A DNA stretch of 64,000 nt. Origin: Octopus sinensis (lineage: Eukaryota). Below, in pieces: positions 1-11,760 of the stretch. The stretch spans positions 41,478,001 to 41,542,000 of the forward strand of contig NC_043004.1 in assembly GCF_006345805.1 (NCBI RefSeq), written 5' to 3'. The notes beneath the pieces are model-generated. The model worked only from the letters and a program-made list of their open reading frames with translations. It had not been told where the DNA came from and did not search any database. Made by a program: the position numbers and the translations under genes. The number at the start of each line of letters is the position of its first letter. Position 1 is the stretch's first letter.

Positions 1-280
1 AGAATACCATTTCTACATGAATAAATATAATGTTAGTTAACGAAATTTGTACTTTTATATAAATAAGATATACTATTTACAATCTTGCTAATATTTTAGT
101 AAGTGACTCTCTCTCTCTCTCTGTTACTATTGTTTAACAACTTAGAAGGAAGAGGTCAGTGAATCTTGATTAGTTGTAAGAATGACAAAAGATTGTTGGT
201 TTCATTCTCTTTACGAGCCAGCCGCTGAAAGTCTCCATTGTCTGAACATAGTCCTGATCTCACAGCATGACTAAATATAT

Positions 281-570
281 CATCATCATCATCGTTTAAC
301 GTCCTTTCTCCATGCTAGCATGGGTTGGATGGTTCAACCGGGCATCTGGGAAGCCAGAAGGCTGCACCAGGCTCCAGTCTGATCTGGCAGTGTTTCTACA
401 GCTGGATGCCCTTCCTAACGCCAACCACTCCGTGAGTGTAGAGGGTGCTTTTTACGTGTCACTGGCACGGAAGACAGTCAAGATCCCCTGTCAGTCAAGA
501 CAGTCAAGATCCCCAGCGGTGCTGGCATTGGCCACGTTTGGATGGTGCTTTTTACGTGCCACTGGCCCAG
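281..570 (-). mobile_element. Short interspersed element with RTE-like (GAT)n tail
   Basis: CCAACCCATGCTAGCATGG...GGACGTTAAACGATGATGATG tail on the minus strand; related copies at 952-1180 and 12770-13048. Confidence 0.7.
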
Positions 571-951
571 GGATCACAAATACAGTTTCCATTGATTTTT
601 GATGTTGGTGTATCAATATATCAATATGACTTTGTAAACATATTTCATCATCACTCTAAGGTTTATAAAACCAGTAAATCTATATATAAATAACAGGCTA
701 CCAAACTATAGCAACCATATGAAAATGCTTGAAATACTTACATTTGTTTACATTTTGAACACAGCTTTTCACCTGTGGGCAATAGAGCGATAACATTGCT
801 AGGTCAGAAATACCCCCAAATTATACAAAATCTGTTAATCTGAAAGCTAATCAGTTAAGTTTTTGCATGTGTTCCTTGTTGATTTCTTTACCTTTCAAAT
901 GGATGCTCTGGTAGACTCTTTTGATGAAATGGTTCCCAAGTGTATATATAC

Positions 952-1180
952 AATCATCATCATTATCATCATCGTTTAACGTCCGCTTTCCATGCTAGCA
1001 TGGGTTGGACGATTTTGACTGAGGGCTGGCGAGCCAGATGGCTGCACTAGGCTCCAATCTTGATCTGGCAGAGTTTCTACAGCTGGATGCCCTTCCTAAC
1101 ACCAACCACTCCAAGAGTGTAGTAACACCAACCACTCCAAGAGTGTAGTAACACCAACCACTCCAAGAGTGTAGTAACAA
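952..1180 (-). mobile_element. Same RTE-tailed element, with an internal 26-bp unit repeated three times (1099-1177)
   Basis: Near-identity to 281-570; ACACCAACCACTCCAAGAGTGTAGTA x3. Confidence 0.7.
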
Positions 1181-1431
1181 TGATATTATTATAACCTGAC
1201 AGAGAGCAGCAAGCTGGCAGAGTGGTTAGCACCTGGGTAAAATACTTAGTGGCATTTTGTCCATCTTCATGTTCTGAGATCAAATTCTGCCTGGATCGAC
1301 ATTGCTTTTCATCCTTTTGGGGTTGTTAAAATTAGTATCAGTTGAACACTAGGGTCAATGTAATCAACTTATTATATTATTTATAAAAGCGAACCGCAAG
1401 TATTGATAGACTAGTTATGGTTACATAAACT

Positions 1432-1851
1432 GGATCTTTTCGCTTTGAACGGCAGTTTTTCTAGTGGTGTCATATGAAATTTTCACCCATAATTATGACC
1501 CTAGTATCGATCTATTGCATTTCAATCTGTTTTAGGGTTAGGGTTAGGGGTGTGGGAAGGGTATCTTTTTTTCTTCACAAATGTAAATAAACCCAATCTG
1601 TTTCTTAAACAAGGGACATATTCATACGGCACATAATGTTTTTTTTTTACCTCAATAGACGTCAGTGATTGGTTGAAATTGCAGAAATTAAAGGAAAAAA
1701 AAACAACAAATATCTTACAAACTATAGACTTTTCTCAATAAAGCCAAGAGAAAAAGATGTTTTATAAACACATTCTACCAGTATACGAAGTTTAAAATTT
1801 TTTAGTTACCTAGAAATTATGTTAAAAACTGCCGTTCAAACTGAAAAGATC
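1432..1851. mobile_element. ~420-bp GGATC...GATCC MITE, copy without TSD
   Basis: ~29-bp TIR GGATCTTTTCGGTTTGAACGGCAGTTTTT; internal TTAGGG repeats; flanks do not match each other. Confidence 0.9.
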
Positions 1852-2197
1852 CAACAAACAAACAGGCAGAAAAAAAAATGTTTATTAATGTGGTCCTACA
1901 TGCTCTGTTTGTAAATGAAAGACGAGTCCGGCACGGTTGGAATGCCGTTGATCATAGGTTTGTCGGTCAGGATTAACCTGCTACCAAAAAACAAATCATC
2001 TTATGATACAAGGGAAATAAACCATGGTTATTAACTTGTGATGGGAGATAACTCGGCTAGCCTTCAGCTTTGCATTTATAATTTACATTACTTTTTCGAC
2101 CAAGTGTCAAAGCTTTATTCTCTCTGTTTTTTTTTTTTATTTTGACACGAAAATATAGATACATTCTACTTCAACTTTATTTCTAGATTGGTTTATG

Positions 2198-2618
2198 GGA
2201 TCTTTTCGGTTTGAACGGCAGTTTTTAACGTAATTTCTAGATAACTAAAAAATTTTTAACTTCGTATACTGGTAGAATGTGTTTATAAAACATCTTTTTC
2301 TCTTGGCTTTATTGAGAAAATTCTATAGTTTGTAAGATATTTGTTGTTTTTTCTCTTCAATTTCTGCAATTTCAACCAATTACTGACGTCCATTGACGTA
2401 ACAAAACATTCTGTGCCGTATGAATATGTCCCTCGTTTAAGAAACAGATTGGGTTTATTTACATTTGTGAAGAAAAAAGATACCCTTCCCCCTAACCCTA
2501 ACTAACCCTAACCCTAAAATAGATTGAAATGCAATAGCTCGATACTAGGGTCATAATTATGGGTGACAATTTCATATGGCACCGCTAGAAAAAACTGCCG
2601 TTCAAACCGAAATGATCC
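2198..2618. mobile_element. GGATC MITE, opposite orientation, 8-bp TSD GGTTTATG
   Basis: TIRs plus TSD at 2190-2197 and 2619-2626. Confidence 0.93.
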
Positions 2619-3029
2619 GGTTTATGTAACCATAACTAGTCTATCAATACTTGTGGTTTGCTTCTAGCTAACAACAAGTGATGTACAGAAAAGGAAAGTT
2701 CTGATAAACTTGTTCAGTGGAAAGACTTCCGCCTCCCCCTCATTTTCTCCCAAATTTGTTTATTAAAAATTTTTTTTTTTCCCCAAATCCCCGTTTTCGG
2801 ATATGGAGGTTCAGGAAAATTGCCAAAAATCAGCATTGTGTAAAATTTCTCACCTCCTTATTCCCCAACTTCTTCAATTTTGACTATTTTTCACAACACT
2901 AACCGTAAAACCCTAACCTTAACCTCTCTGATTTGACCTGGTCCTGACTGAAGATGTATAATAGGAACTGGAGTATACAAAGGATCTACAAATGAAGAAT
3001 ATAGTCATCAGCTGATTAAGTGGATAACC

Positions 3030-3416
3030 ATAGCAAATAAACAATTGCAGCGTGGGAGGTGTTTATAAGCCATTTAAGAAACACACAAAACCATTAGATT
3101 CACTTCAACATTTAAATTTAATTCACTACAACGTGTAAAATTTAATTTGTCAAAATATTTTCGTCACTTTGAGACCGCGACCTGTTCACTGACAAAACTT
3201 CGTGCTGCATCTTTTCGTGCAGCACAAAGTTTTGTCAGTGAATAGGTTGCGGTCTCAAAGCGACGAAAATATTTTGACAAATTAAATTTTACACGTAGTG
3301 AATCTAACGGTTTTGTGTGTTTCTTAAATGGCTTATAAACACCTTCCATGCTCCAATTGTTTTCGTTCCAGCACACGATTTCAGATCAAGTCGCTCGCTA
3401 TGCAAGTACATCTTCA
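3030..3416. mobile_element. Fold-back (palindromic) Tc1/mariner-type MITE; left end eroded
   Basis: Arms ~3040-3210 and ~3219-3362 are reverse complements. Right end ...AGTACATCTTCA|TA; partial copy at 51207-51410 begins TA|CGGAGATGTAC. Confidence 0.8.
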
Positions 3417-3504
3417 TAGCAAATTAGTATTGCATTTATATTGTATCTGTGTATGTGAATGTTTTAATGTAATTTTCTGGAACTTTTTCATTTTTAAATT
3501 GCAG

Positions 3505-3614
3505 ACACTGGCGAAAGTAATCCAAAGTTTAGTAATAAACTCGACAGACTTATTCAAGAGGCCAAAAAGGCTGGCGTGCCAAACTCCACTATTCAGAATG
3601 CTATTGAAGGTTCT
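3505..3614 (+). CDS. TACO1: TACO1/YebC-family protein, first exon visible in window (TGESNPKFSNKLDRLIQEAKKAGVPNSTIQNAIEGS); upstream exon(s) not found in window
   Basis: ttgcag acceptor (AG 3503-3504) and GTAAGT donor at 3615. Translation matches the YebC/TACO1 segment GxxNP...L...I..AK...P..TI..AI. Ends in phase 0, matching the next exon. Confidence 0.9.
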
Positions 3615-3819
3615 GTAAGTAGAACAATGATAATGATGATAGTTGTTGTTGTATAATGTCTGTTCAACCTTGCTCCAGCAGACCTTATGGTGTCAGATGT
3701 ATCAGTCTATCTAGTGTAATATTATTTATTTGAAAATTGTACAAGGAGATTTGATGGAACTGTTCCTACTACATCTAGCTGTTTAAGTGACCACAGAGTC
3801 TTGTGAGTTTGCTGATTAA

Positions 3820-4039
3820 CCCTTTAGTATTCAGATTACTCTGTTAAATGTAATAATTTTTCACTCAAATTGTTTTGAATTAATCAAGCATTATCTGATA
3901 GCTTTGGGGTTTCAATGATGTGATTGTTTATTTTTAGAATGTCAATGTAGGTTAGGTGTGAGAGGCTAGATATCACCAGTTTGAATATAAAACATATAGA
4001 ATATTTGGGCTGGATATGGCCGGTTTAAACACTAAAGGG
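3820..4039. mobile_element. piggyBac-type MITE
   Basis: TTAA|CCCTTTAGT ... ACTAAAGGG|TTAA. Confidence 0.8.
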
Positions 4040-4306
4040 TTAAACAATGATGAGGGCAGCACCAGTGATGATGACAACTGTTTTTTGTTTTACTTCTTTT
4101 TTATAATTGGTTCACGAAAGGAAGATGAGTTCATGTCTTCTTTCCTTTTTGTTATTGCTTAGTTAGACAAGGAAGCACTGCGTCTGTGGAATTGTTGGTG
4201 GGGAAAATGAAGAAGTTATGCTCAGAAACTGGGTCTGAATATTTGCAAAAAAGTAGCCCTTCTGCTTAAGGCATCCGAGGATCCGGTGGTGGTGTTACAT
4301 CAAGGA

Positions 4307-4541
4307 TTAAGGCGGCGAGCTGGCAGAATCGTTAGCACGCTGGGCGAAACGCGTAGCCGTATTTTGTCTGCCGTTATGTTGTGAGTTCAAATTCCGCCGA
4401 GGTCGACTTTGCCTTTCATCCTTTTGGGGTCGATAAATTAAGTACCAGTTACGCACTGGGGTCGATGTAATCGACTTAATACCTATGTCTGTCCTTGTTT
4501 GTCCCCTTAATGTTTAGCCCCTTGTGGGTAATAAAGAAATA
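4307..4541 (+). mobile_element. tRNA-derived SINE (family B, Deu/Nin-like core), full length
   Basis: 16-bp TSD GGTGTTACATCAAGGA at 4291-4306 and 4542-4557; core GCCTTTCATCCTTTTGGGGTCGATAAATTAAGTACCAG. Confidence 0.9.
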
Positions 4542-4910
4542 GGTGTTACATCAAGGACAGAAATGGTCCCTGTTATAGATTTCCATTTAGTTTTCATCTA
4601 TAGTAAGACTCTTGTTCTTGTTCCACTATTATATTTTAGTCTCTCAGCACCTGGCATAAAACCACCTTCCTCTTTGATACTCCCTCACTTAGTCATGGGT
4701 TTTTTTCTTTTTTTCTTTCTTGTTCTTTTATGTCTTGCAACTTACTTGATAATTTCACCAATTCTAATGCCATGAAAAAAGCATCAAGAACATGTTGTAA
4801 GGTGGTTGGCATTAAGAAGGACAAAGCGCCAAAGTAAACATGCAAAAACTGACAATGCAGCTTGGTGCCTATTTATACGAGTAACATTGAGTGCACTCAG
4901 TCTATTTCAA

Positions 4911-5293
4911 AGTGGCTGTGTGGTAAGTAGCTTGTTTACCAACCACATGGTTCCAGGGTCAGTCCCACTGCGTGGCACCTTGGGGAGGTGTCTTCTACTA
5001 TAGCCTCGGGCCGACCGAAGCCTTGTGAGTGGATTTGGTAGACGGAAACTGAAAGAAGCCCGTCATATATATGTATATATATATGTGTGTGTGTATCTGT
5101 GTTTATCCCCACAACATCGCTTGACAACTGATGCTGGTGTGTTTATGTCCCCGTTACTTAGCGGTTCGGCAAAAGAGACCGATAGAATAAGTACTGGGCT
5201 TACAAAGAATAAGTCCTGGAGTCGAGTTGCTCGACTAAAGGCAGTGCTCCAGCATCGCCGCAGTCAAATGACTGAAACAAGTAAAAGAGTAAA
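4911..5293 (+). mobile_element. tRNA-derived SINE (family A, internal TA/TG microsatellite)
   Basis: A-box/B-box-like head TGGCTGTGTGG...GGTTCCAGGGTCAGTCCC; at least five near-identical copies in the window. Confidence 0.9.
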
Positions 5294-5479
5294 CCAAAGA
5301 TAATATGTCTTCTACAGAACAATAAAAATTATTTTGTCTTTATTTATATGGAAGCAAAAACAATTCTGAATATTACAATTAAAAGTAGGGTGGCGAGCTG
5401 GCAGAATTGTTAACATGCAGGGTGAAATGTTTAACGGTATTTCATCTGTCTTCACATTCTGACTTCAAATTTTGCCTTT

Positions 5480-5990
5480 AAATAATATAATAATAATGAA
5501 ATTATTGTATACAGTGCTCAGGTGCACCACAACTTGTCAGAGTATATGCAGTAATGTACAAATGTCTGGAAAGCGAACAATGCATGAGTCAGATACATGC
5601 CTGTGTGTGTATGGAGGGGAGAAAATCAGGTGTAGTGTTGGCGAATCTCAGAAAACATGGAAGTTTTGAAGGATGCAGTGCTCCGACAACTAACAACTGA
5701 TGCTGGCAGTTTGTTCCATGCTTCAGCAACTCTCAGCGTGAAAAAATGTTTCCTGAAGTCATGGGAGCTGTGCTGTTTTCTGACTTTGTAAATATGTCCA
5801 TGGGTGTTAGATAGGTGGAGTTTGAAAAGGTGCTCAGAGTTATTGTTTGTACGATGGTTGATAATTTTATGGGTGTCTGCCAAGTCAACTGCCAGACGTT
5901 GGAGTTTCAATGTGTCCATGCCCAGGGAAGTAAGGCGTTCAGGATATGGCAAATGCCTTATGGAGGGTATTCTTTTGGTTGCACGGCAAG
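5480..5990 (-). mobile_element. CR1/L2-type LINE 3' fragment
   Basis: ORF 5626-5997 contains RATK.IP...LPYPERL..L...TL..RR-like and FF..RV...WNKLP, typical of the CR1 ORF2 C-terminus. Confidence 0.85.
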
Positions 5991-6423
5991 CTGACAAGCT
6001 GGCAGAATCATTAGCACACTGGGTAAAATGCTTAGCAGTATTTTATCCTTCACATTCTGAGTTCAAATTCTGTTGAGGTCAGCTTTGCCTTTCATCCTTT
6101 TGGGATGTAAAAGTACCAGTTGTGTACTGGGATTGATGTAATTGGCTTACCTACTTCCTCGAAGTTGATGGCTGTGTGCCAAAATTTGAAATCATTATTA
6201 CAATTAAAATACTAAAACATCTTAAAATTTTAAAATTAAAATGATATTGATTGTAGTATGCAATCAATAGAGTATTCAGCATTAGGAGAGACATCAGAGA
6301 AATTTAGTTAAGTAGTGACAATCTGATAACTCTTATACATCTGTTAAATGTAAATTTCCAGAGTTTACATCACACACATGCATGCATGAATCTTTTTTAT
6401 CTTTTACTTGTTTCAATCATTGG

Positions 6424-6580
6424 TTTTCAAACAACAAATATCTTACAAACTATAGAATTTTCTCAATAAAGCCAAGAGAAAAAGATGTTTTATAAACACA
6501 TTCTACCAGTATACGAAGTTTAAAATTTTTTAGTTACCTAGAAATTATGTTAAAAACTGCCGTTCAAACCGAAAAGATCC
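6424..6580. mobile_element. GGATC MITE half-copy (a second terminal fragment lies at ~7009-7053)
   Basis: Ends in ...CAAACCGAAAAGATCC. Confidence 0.8.
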
Positions 6581-7171
6581 CCTGAGCAAAATTAAAAGGG
6601 GCTGACTTTGCGAATAAAATTAACTAGATCCAATTGCTTTACCCCTTCATATATGTACCAAGGGGAGCAACCCATCTTTTGTTTTGCGGCGAACTTTCCT
6701 ACGGCCAAAAATCCTGAGGCTAATTTTCCTGCGGCAAAAATGTTTGAGATAAACTTTCCTAGAAGCAGTTATCACACCTTCTCTCCTGGGTTACTTTCCT
6801 ATTGACCTCCAGCCTTATTCTTCCAATTGACCCCCCTCTGCTCATATTTACTATCGACCACCTTCACCCCCTACTTCTCTCTGATTCTTTCCATTCCTAT
6901 TTTGGTGGAATTCTGTTTTATGCATAACTTTTTTATTTTTTGGAATTTTCAGAAAATTCTTGTGAATTTGCGTTATACACATGGGAATACTCATGGGAAT
7001 TTTTAGTTACCTAGAAATTATGTTAGAAACTGCCGTTCAAACTGAAAAGATCCGACAACTTTTCCAAATATTCATATCCTTTGCTGATCTTCCCTTATCA
7101 TTTCTCTCCCATTTCTCATTTTGTTGTAAAAAAAATCCATATTAGAAATCATTCAAATTTTCCTCTTGCAG

Positions 7172-7308
7172 ATTGCTTCCCAAACAGCCTCAGAACATTA
7201 TTACTTGGAAGTAAAATGCTTTGGTCCCATTGTCCTCATCTTGGTAATCTCTTCTCCTACAATAATCCGAACAAAGAGCGAACTTTCAACCATTTTCAGG
7301 AAAAACAA
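7172..7308 (+). CDS. TACO1: TACO1 internal exon (IASQTASEHYYLEVKCFGPIVLILVISSPTIIRTKSELSTIFRKN), not in supplied ORF frame
   Basis: tttcctcttgcag acceptor, GTAAGA donor at 7309, 137 nt, phase 0 to 2. Fills the gap equivalent to human YLLYEGRGPGG..LIE...DIRHILNKN; phases join both neighbouring exons. Confidence 0.82.
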
Positions 7309-7330
7309 GTAAGAATATTTGCAAATGATA

Positions 7331-7680
7331 TCTCTATATATATAAACGGCAAAATGTCTGTGTGTGTGTGTCCTTTATACAAATCCACAATTTTTCAGTT
7401 AGAGGGCTCGCACTTTCTATGGTCATTTAAAACCGTCCAAGGGTGGTCGTGCGCATCTTTACATTTCCCCAGTCACCCCGCAAAGCCATTAAAAAATCAA
7501 TTAGAAGTGTGAATTTTCTATCCAAAACCCAATCAAAATGCCCGAAACTTGATACGCCAATTGAATGCCAGCTAGCATTGGTCGGAGATTTGGACAGTAC
7601 TCGCGTGTATGTGCGCACGCATGCAGCTGTATATGCATGCACTAGCACTATGACCCGCCGTTGCCGGGTCATAGTGCTAG
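7331..7680 (+). mobile_element. Non-autonomous Helitron
   Basis: A|TCTCTATATATATAAA 5' end; 3' hairpin and CTAG|T end. Confidence 0.85.
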
Positions 7681-7864
7681 TTAATAATAATGATGTTGGT
7701 TTCAGATTTTGGCAAAAGGCCAGCAAATTTGGGAGAGTGGGTAAGTTGATTAGATCAACCTCCGTACTCAACTGGTACTTATTTTATCGACCCTGAATGG
7801 ATGAATGGTAAAGTTGGTCGTGGTGGAATTGAACTCAGACTGTGACGACAGATGAAGTGTTGCT

Positions 7865-8352
7865 CAGTCATTTGACTGCAGCCATGCTGGAGCACTGCCG
7901 TTAGTTGAACAGATCGACCTCAGGACTTATTCTTTCTAAGCCTAGTACTTATTCTATTAGTCGCTTTTGCCAAACCGCTAAGTTACGGGAACGTAAACAC
8001 ACCAATATTGGTTGTCAAGCGATGGTGTGGGGGACAAACACAGACACACACAAATATATATATATATAAATTGATGAATGAATTATCCTTTGTTTACCGT
8101 TAACATGGAAAATTCAATAAACAATTACCAGGGTAGCAAAATTCACGCCAGTAACACGGTTGAAGCGACCTATTCAAAGGTAGAAACTCCGGGTTAATGT
8201 GCAGTAATTTGTGTATTATAAATAAATAAATAAATGGAGTTGAACGAAGATGTTATTAAAATTCTTTTACTTTCGACATATGTTTTGAATTGGAATTAAA
8301 CCATGTTGTCTTTGAAACATGTCGAATTTTAATAACATCTTTGTTCAACTCC

Positions 8353-8414
<62 letters not shown>

Positions 8415-8572
8415 GGCATGCTTCTTTCAGTTTCTGTGTACCAAACCCACTCACAAGGCTTTGGTTGGCCCGAGGTTATAGTAGAAGACACTTGCCCAAG
8501 ATACCACACAGTGGAACTGAACCCGGAACCATGTTGTTGGGAAGCAAGCTTCTTACCTGACTGCCACACAAC
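7865..8572 (-). mobile_element. Family A SINE split by an insertion in its internal (TA)n tract
   Basis: 3' half at ~7865-8070 and 5' half at ~8410-8572 match intact copies. Confidence 0.75.
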
Positions 8573-8990
8573 TTGCTGAATGATATCCAGCATGGTTTTC
8601 AACCAGGTAGGAACTGCCTGATCCAGCTCCTACAGCACTATGACTGGGTGTTGAGGCAGTTAATCAACAACTCAAATGTAGACGTAACATACCTTGACTT
8701 TGCAAAAGCTTTTGATAAAGTTGAACCATGGAATGATATGCCACAAACTGCGTGATCTTGGCAGAGCTGGAAAACTTGGGGGGAGTGGTTACGTGACTTT
8801 CTGAAAGATAGAAGTTAAGCAGTAGTGGCCAATGGAACCACCTCAAAAAAAACACAAATAGTGAGTGGTGTTCCAAAGGGCACTGTCTTGGGACCACTGC
8901 TTTTTATAGTGGCCTTCTCAGATATATCCTCAGCTGCTCGGATAGCCACTCTTGCTAACTACATAGACAATATGAAAGTCTTGTGCAAAA
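8573..8990 (+). mobile_element. CR1/L2-type reverse transcriptase fragment (frameshifted)
   Basis: QHGF.PGR.CL.QLL, YLDFAKAFDKV and SGVPKGTVLGPLLF motifs. Confidence 0.9.
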
Positions 8991-8994
8991 CACG

Positions 8995-9025
<31 letters not shown>

Positions 9026-9135
9026 TGAGGGAGATAAATTAGGGAGAAGAATTTCCTTGTAGTTTGACCGTTGATGGTCTATTTCTAGCATACGGCCGAC
9101 TCCCTAGCAGTAAGCCCTGCCAATATACATATATA

Positions 9136-9182
<47 letters not shown>

Positions 9183-9516
9183 TGTATATAGATGTATGTA
9201 TGTGTATATATATATATATATATGTAGATAGATGTATGTATATATATATAGATGTATGTATATAAATGTATGAATGTATATAAATGTATGTACGTATATA
9301 AATGTATATAGATGTATGTATGTATGTATGTATATGTATATAAATGTATGTATGTATATGTATATAAATGTATGTATGTATGTATGTATATGTATATAAA
9401 TGTATGTATGTATATATATGTATATATATATATGTATATATATATGTGTATATATATATATATATGTGTGTGTGTATATAGATGTGTGTGTATATATATA
9501 TATATTATATATATAT

Positions 9517-9560
<44 letters not shown>

Positions 9561-9983
9561 CATATATGAGAGGGAATCCACTAAAAGTGAACTCCCTTAC
9601 GCTAGCCACTAAAAGTTGTTCTCAAGAAATAATTTAGCACACCATGAACGTAAGCGGGCAGGACAAATGGAAAATAACAAAAATATAGATTAACCCCAGA
9701 CAATTGTTTCACTGTTAACAAATTATGCAATTTTACTTACACAGTTAATTTGCAGATCGTCAGTAGAGTCTGTCAAGAATATAATTTGTTGAACTGCACG
9801 CCATATATTAACACGAGGCCAAAAATGCGATCAGTGTGGCCTATTACATTCATAGTTAATGCCCTCGTCCAGCGCACCAAATTTCCAGAAATAAATACCG
9901 CATAAACAATTCACTACAGTAGTTAATGTATATATATATATATATATCTATAAAATAATATGTTACAATTACTCAATAGTCAA

Positions 9984-10044
9984 GATAAAACTCTGAGTTT
10001 CAGATGCCGAAGTGGAAAACCACAACACCATCTCTTTGGTTATC
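9984..10044 (-). ncRNA. Degenerate type I hammerhead ribozyme motif (core CCAAAGA, long stem II)
   Basis: GATAA-CCAAAGA-GATG...CATCT-GAAACTCAGAGT-T-TTATC. Stem I GATAA/TTATC is perfect; G5 is changed to A. Confidence 0.45.
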
Positions 10045-10799
10045 TGGCCAGCTGAAAAAACACTATGAAAAAATACCGTTATATAAAGGGAAATTACTGT
10101 GTAATAATTCTGCTACTTATATAAAATAAGATTAAAATTTCATAGTAAACACGTAAACATGGCTAGTCATACGCTCACATGTGCGCTCGCGGACCCACGT
10201 GCGTACTTATACGTCACTATGAAAACGTACACATCTTCACTTGCATTTTTCGCCTAATGTATACGCATATATATATACAAACTCATACATACACACATTC
10301 GTACTGTAAAAGTTCATACATACGTCTATATACGCACAAGCACAAGAAAAAAACATGGTTAAAAGTATCAGAAAAAAACATAAGAAGTATACAAAGCATA
10401 AAAACCACGTTCATATATGGACATGCACTCATACACACACACGCCCATATATGTACATACCCGCACATGTTTGTATACGCATACACACACACGCATATAC
10501 GAAAAATGAATATATATATGCCCCCCCCCAAAAAAAAACCCCTAAAGAAATGGAAAAATACTAAGTAAAAATGTCTATATATATATGCATTCTTATGCCC
10601 GCACACACGCACACATCTAAAACTGCCCACTCATACATATTCACACATGTGTACAAATGAATCTGTATACACGTCTATATAGGCACAGGAAAAAATGCAG
10701 GATAGGAAAGTACAGATAAAATTATTATGTGTGAAAATATAAAAATATATGAAATAATAAAAGGTATAATGAGATAAAAAACTTTTTGGGACATTATAT

Positions 10800-11760
10800 A
10801 GAAAGCAAGTTCTATCTGTTTTCTTTAGGGGACCAAAAATGTAACAAAAATTTTGTCACATGTGGGCATGATCCGAAAAGTTCTGTCTTTGAGTTTAGAT
10901 ATGTAGTAGGTTCTAAGCTGCTTTTCCAGATAAGCCATCTCTCCATGTCACATAGACTGCACTTTCCGCTGCCGTTGGTGTAGGGCTTACATTTGGCCAA
11001 AATCTTCCAATGGATGTTATAATCGACACCTTTATCTTTTAAAGACCAAATATGATTAGATAATTTTGTCGCTTTTCTTTTGTTCCAGTGCCTAAAACTC
11101 AAGGTGTGGTTATTGAACCTGGCCTTGAAAAACCCTCTGTAAGGCCCACGTATTTCTTCATCGAAACGGTGTCTTTAGTGGTTATAGAGTCCACGGTAGC
11201 TTCATAGATGATCGTCTCGGACATGCAAGCTCCATTTAGTGGGCACAATTTTTTATTCCTGCATGAACAGCTGTTTTCTTGTGGTTTTTTTGTGTTATGT
11301 GTGATTATATTTTTAAAATTGGTAGTTGAACTAAAACTAATTTTTAAATTGTGTTTATTGAAGAGTTTCCTATAAGTATGGTTAACTGGAAAATGTCTAT
11401 CTATCAGTGTTAAGAAATATTTACCTATATTGAAGGTCACCTCGGGTGAGTAAGGGGGTGTAAACCAGATGATCTTCCTATTTCTATTTTTCCTCTTCTT
11501 TACTGTTGGGCTAGTAACAGGTGTATATTTTATTTTTTCGCTAAAACTACTATCTTTTAAAGCCTTATTATAAACTGGGGCAACGCTATTAAAAATGTCC
11601 TTATTGGAGGAGAGGCTAGAAATTCTCTTACTAATATTTTTAACTAAATTTTTGAATACTATAGGGAGATGGCATGAACCTACATTAATATAACTAAGTC
11701 TATCATTGGGCTTCCTATAAGGCTTATAGATATTCTTATTTAGGTCTAAGGAAACGTCTA
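10800..11760 (-). mobile_element. Penelope-like element (Neptune-like), RT C-terminus plus GIY-YIG endonuclease, frameshifted
   Basis: DVSLDLNKNIYKPYRKPN; CSCRNKKLCPLNGAC...IIYEA...YVGLTEG; KLSNHIWSLK...KCSLC..E. Confidence 0.85.

Noticed and set aside
1-3504. Search for TACO1 exon 1 (targeting peptide plus GH(S/N)KW)
   Set aside because: No such motif seen by eye; it probably lies upstream of the window.
4271-4306. GIRGSGGG reading resembling the TACO1 EGRGPGG motif
   Set aside because: In-frame stop just upstream, downstream sequence has no TACO1 similarity, and the true exon at 7172-7308 fits the phases.
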